Of a stretch of 35,651 bases of DNA, positions 32,220-35,651 are shown one piece after another. The position numbers were made by a program, and so were the translations under genes. Each line of letters begins with the position of its first letter. The first letter of the stretch is position 1. Below the pieces are notes generated by a model that did not search any database, had not been told where the DNA came from, and was given only the letters and a program-made list of their open reading frames with translations. The stretch lies in NCBI GenBank assembly GCA_026023565.1, contig JAPETS010000082.1:1-35651 (forward strand), written 5' to 3'. Source of the stretch: Cirrosporium novae-zelandiae. Taxonomy: Eukaryota.

Positions 32220-35200
32220 CTACGAGGGAGAGGGAGAATTTTGTTTATCTTTTTGAATACCTCAAGTTCTCTTATACAAGGACCTTTTTTTTTTATTCTA
32301 TTGTTACAGTTAGTAGTAGGTAAGTAGTCAGGCATATGATATAGGGACTCGGCTTTGGGGGATTTGGAGGCGGAAAGAAATTCATTACGCGACATGATCA
32401 TCCTCAGCATCTATGTCATGTCACGTCATTCAGTTCATTGAACCATGTTTTTTAAAAAAAACAAAAAAATGGAATGTCAGGGCTTGGGGGGGAGGGAGGG
32501 AGGTGAAGGATAGGAATGATGTTAAGAATGTTTGGAACATATGTACTATAAATATTAAGTTTACAAAGGATATTCATATTTTTTTTTCAAAAAAATGTGG
32601 TTGAGTGGATGTTATTTCCGATAGTCTATTACAAAAGCTTTCCCCCCCCCTTGAAACTGAAACTTGATATATAAAAGCGGTTGGTTATAGATATGCGGCT
32701 TGAAACGTAGAAGTCTAATTAATCAACAGAGATATTAGACTACAAGTACCGATTATAGATACACGCCACTTTTTCAGCCCTATATTCATACTCGAGTTAT
32801 ATTGTATGGATAGTTAATTAATTAATTATTAGACTAGAGTAATTAATAATTTACCTTAAGTGTAAACTTGTAATCTTAGGTAATTAATATTCTTTACATC
32901 GTTAAATGTTCCCTCTCCCCCCCTTTCTTTTCTATTCTTCTTTTCTTTACACTCAAATCCCATTTCTATATAAACTATACATATAGTATACACACACTAC
33001 AATAGGTATAAGGTGATGTATTTCGGCCTTTCATTCTTCATTCCTAGATTTCCTTTCTTCCTTCCCTTCTTTCTTTTCCTTTATTAGTTACCCCTTCCGT
33101 AAAAAGGTTGGCTGGCTTGGTTTCTTATTCGGGTGTGTTAATTACTCTTTGTTTCCTCCCCGTCTCCGTCTTCGTCTTCTTCAGTCTCAAAGAAGATGGT
33201 GGTGCACAGTGTATAGTTGTAAAAAGCACGAGTGTTTTAGTATTAGCCTTCAGATTTAAATAGTGTTTTATCCCTTCTATTCCACTCCATTCTTTTAAAT
33301 CCTTTCCGTTTTTTGTTTCTTTTTCATCTTAGTGATGATGATGATGATGCTGCTGCTGCTGCTGAGGCCCTCTTTTTTGGTGCTTTAGGGGGAAAAAAGG
33401 TAGTTCTTTGATTGGTATAGTTCATAGCTATGGAAAGGAGTTGTTTGGTTTTGGACGGATACCGATATAGCCAGGGAAGAGAAAAAGGGAAGCTTTAAGC
33501 TTGAGTTCATCTAGTTTGTTGATGAGAATGAGATGGCTAAACTGGTTAAGGGAATTCCTTTTTGCTTTGTTTTGTTTTACTTTGCCTTGCTTTGCTTTCG
33601 ACTATCAATTCCTTAGACCCTCCCTTCTCCTCCTCCTCCTTCCTTCTTCTCCCGTATACAAACAAACAAATAAAAATCTTAACTCTCTCCGTTACAGTAC
33701 AGCCAGGTTAATATATCATAACACTAGATTATCCGTTCAAGTAGCCGGATATCCCACGTCTCCTTTGACTTTGGGTAAGAGGTAAGAGTGTTTGTTTATT
33801 TGCCCTCCTAAAATTATTCTTGCTATTGTTTAACCAGGTATCCTTTTTCCTAAGCTATTTCAATGTTTTTCTTCTTCTTTCTCTTGTGATTCTTATAGAC
33901 AGATGGCTTTTGGATTTGTTTTTCATTTTTGGTCTTGATTTCTTCTCCTTTCGAATTTAAGATTTTTAACTTATGATGTCTCATCCCTCCTCGAGTTACG
34001 CTTGCTTCTTGAAGTATTATTAATATACCAGGAAAACATATATAACCCAATTCCTTCCCCACACCCATGAACCAAGAATTCATCCTAAAACCGAAATAAA
34101 TCCATCCATCTACAAGTTCAAAGAACCGGAAAGCAGGCATAGGTGTAGGGGTAGGTGTTGATTATCAAGGAACGAATTATACTCGCTCGCTTCGGAAACT
34201 TAACTCCAGATTTCTTGGTTTTCTTGGTTTTTGATGATGATGATGATGATGATATAATTCTTTGTATTAGGTGAGAGTGGGAGAAAGGATATGGGAATGG
34301 GGGAATGGGGGAATGGATGGATAGATGGATGAAAGATTATCTTACAGGTTGGGGTGTCGGTGAGAGGTGCTTAGGTGAGATGAGAAGAGATGAAATGAGG
34401 TGAGATGAGATCGAGGAGCTCTGATGGTAGGTAGAGGGTAGATGAAGGGTAGGAGGCACCTTGCCCCCCCCGCCCCTCTTAAGGTAATCACCGTCAGTAA
34501 GCTCCCTATCCTTATTCCCATTCCCATCTACCACCCCCAAAACCCTCCACTTTATTCACAACAAGATATTTAATCCTCCCAGACAATACTAACCCAATAC
34601 AAACTAGGACGTGGAATATCATGGAAGTTTTCTTTTCTCTCCAATCTTTCTGGGTTTATGGGGATGGAAATAGCGGGGAGATGCTGGCTTGTTGGTAAAA
34701 AACGTGATGTGATGAGTGATATTGGGAGGGTTGGTGAGGTTCTTTAGAGGAAGTACTCAGTCTCGTTGTACGTATTTACACTACATATACATATACACGT
34801 ACATATACACACGCAACTGAAATTCCCATAGTCTATCTTGTAACTAACCAACCAACCACACATTAAAAGCCTCCTGTAATCCATCCATCCATCCATAAAG
34901 ATAACCCCATTTAAAAAAACAGAAGTCCATGAACAAAAAAAAAAATCAAAGGTTTTGTGATCTATATCTATATATCTATATATACTAATATAACTATTTT
35001 ATCCGACAACGAGAAGGGAGAATTTGACAATGGCATATACAAACAAGCTAAGCTAAGCTCACGCTTGCTTGTATGGTTGGTTGGATATTTTCGTTCTTGA
35101 ACACGGAAAAAAAAACTTCTTCTTGAATTGAAAATAATAGGGGGGACATACATGCCTTATAAGATTCCGGAAATGCTTCGTCCTTTTTTTTTTCTTTTTT

Positions 35201-35651
35201 TTTTCTATTGGAAGAGGATGGTTTGGATAGAGAGGATAGAGGGAAGGAGGGTGGGGAGCTGTGATCGAATTGTAAATAAGGGGGAGTATTATTATGTGAT
35301 TCTCTCAATGTTAAATTGAAACTTGAGTTCGATTGTTATGCATAGTAATTCTATGTTTAAGGGTGCAGTATTATTATTATCATATAGCGGAGATGGCCAT
35401 CATCGATGTCCTTTGTCAACAGTCGACGAGGCTTATTTTATTTATCTACCACCGTCTTTCAACCAGGGAATAACAGTAAATCTATATTTGTTTTTATGTT
35501 TTTTTTTACCCGGCTTGTTGCAACACATTTTGCTACCTTTTTCTCCGTCTTTCATACTCTTGGAGGAGTGGGCGAGGAGGGGGAGGGGGGTGGCTCGTAT
35601 CTTTGAACGGCCTGGTTGACATGGTCAACCCTTGCCCCCCCCCCCCCCCTT
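32220..35651. other. AT-rich, low-complexity intergenic DNA with homopolymers and microsatellites (e.g. (GAT)n near 34232-34253)
   Basis: Only short, compositionally biased ORFs; many A, T and C runs; no recognisable domain. Confidence 0.6.
33333..33364. repeat. Compound microsatellite (TGA)n(TGC)n
   Basis: tgatgatgatgatgatgctgctgctgctgctg. Confidence 0.9.

Noticed and set aside
33501..35619. Short F/L/K-rich ORFs in the terminal region
   Set aside because: Derived from A/T homopolymers and microsatellites; most lack ATG starts or plausible composition.
35614..35630. GGTTGAC-atg-GTCAACC hairpin
   Set aside because: A 7-bp stem at the window edge with no context; within chance expectation.

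Overview
Euchromatic segment of a filamentous ascomycete (Pezizomycotina) chromosome. Introns are short GT-AG type with RCTRAC-like branch sites. Nine protein-coding genes were reconstructed by hand: ENTH-domain adaptor ENT3 (-), an NCS1 purine-cytosine permease (-), a CDH-cytochrome/DOMON plus cytochrome b561 protein (-), the Srk1/Rck2-type kinase (+), vacuolar alkaline phosphatase PHO8 (+), a small DUF4440/NTF2-like protein (+), an intronless and intein-free PRP8 (+), a Myb/SANT-like regulator with an unresolved start (+), and an ERD2-family ER-retention receptor (+). The last 3.4 kb is AT-rich, low-complexity and apparently non-coding. I found no tRNA, rRNA, snRNA, CRISPR array or intact transposon. 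The gene set is housekeeping, and the unusual signals are at the RNA level: (i) a 326-nt, strongly self-complementary ERD2 intron with competing helices and an in-frame internal ATG; (ii) a Myb ORF whose Q-rich N-terminus has no AUG and follows an 18-bp hairpin; (iii) a probable 51-nt cassette exon in the kinase behind a structured intron with a weak branch site; (iv) a GC-AG intron with an atypical GCTCGT donor in ENT3. All RNA structures were paired by eye, not computed.
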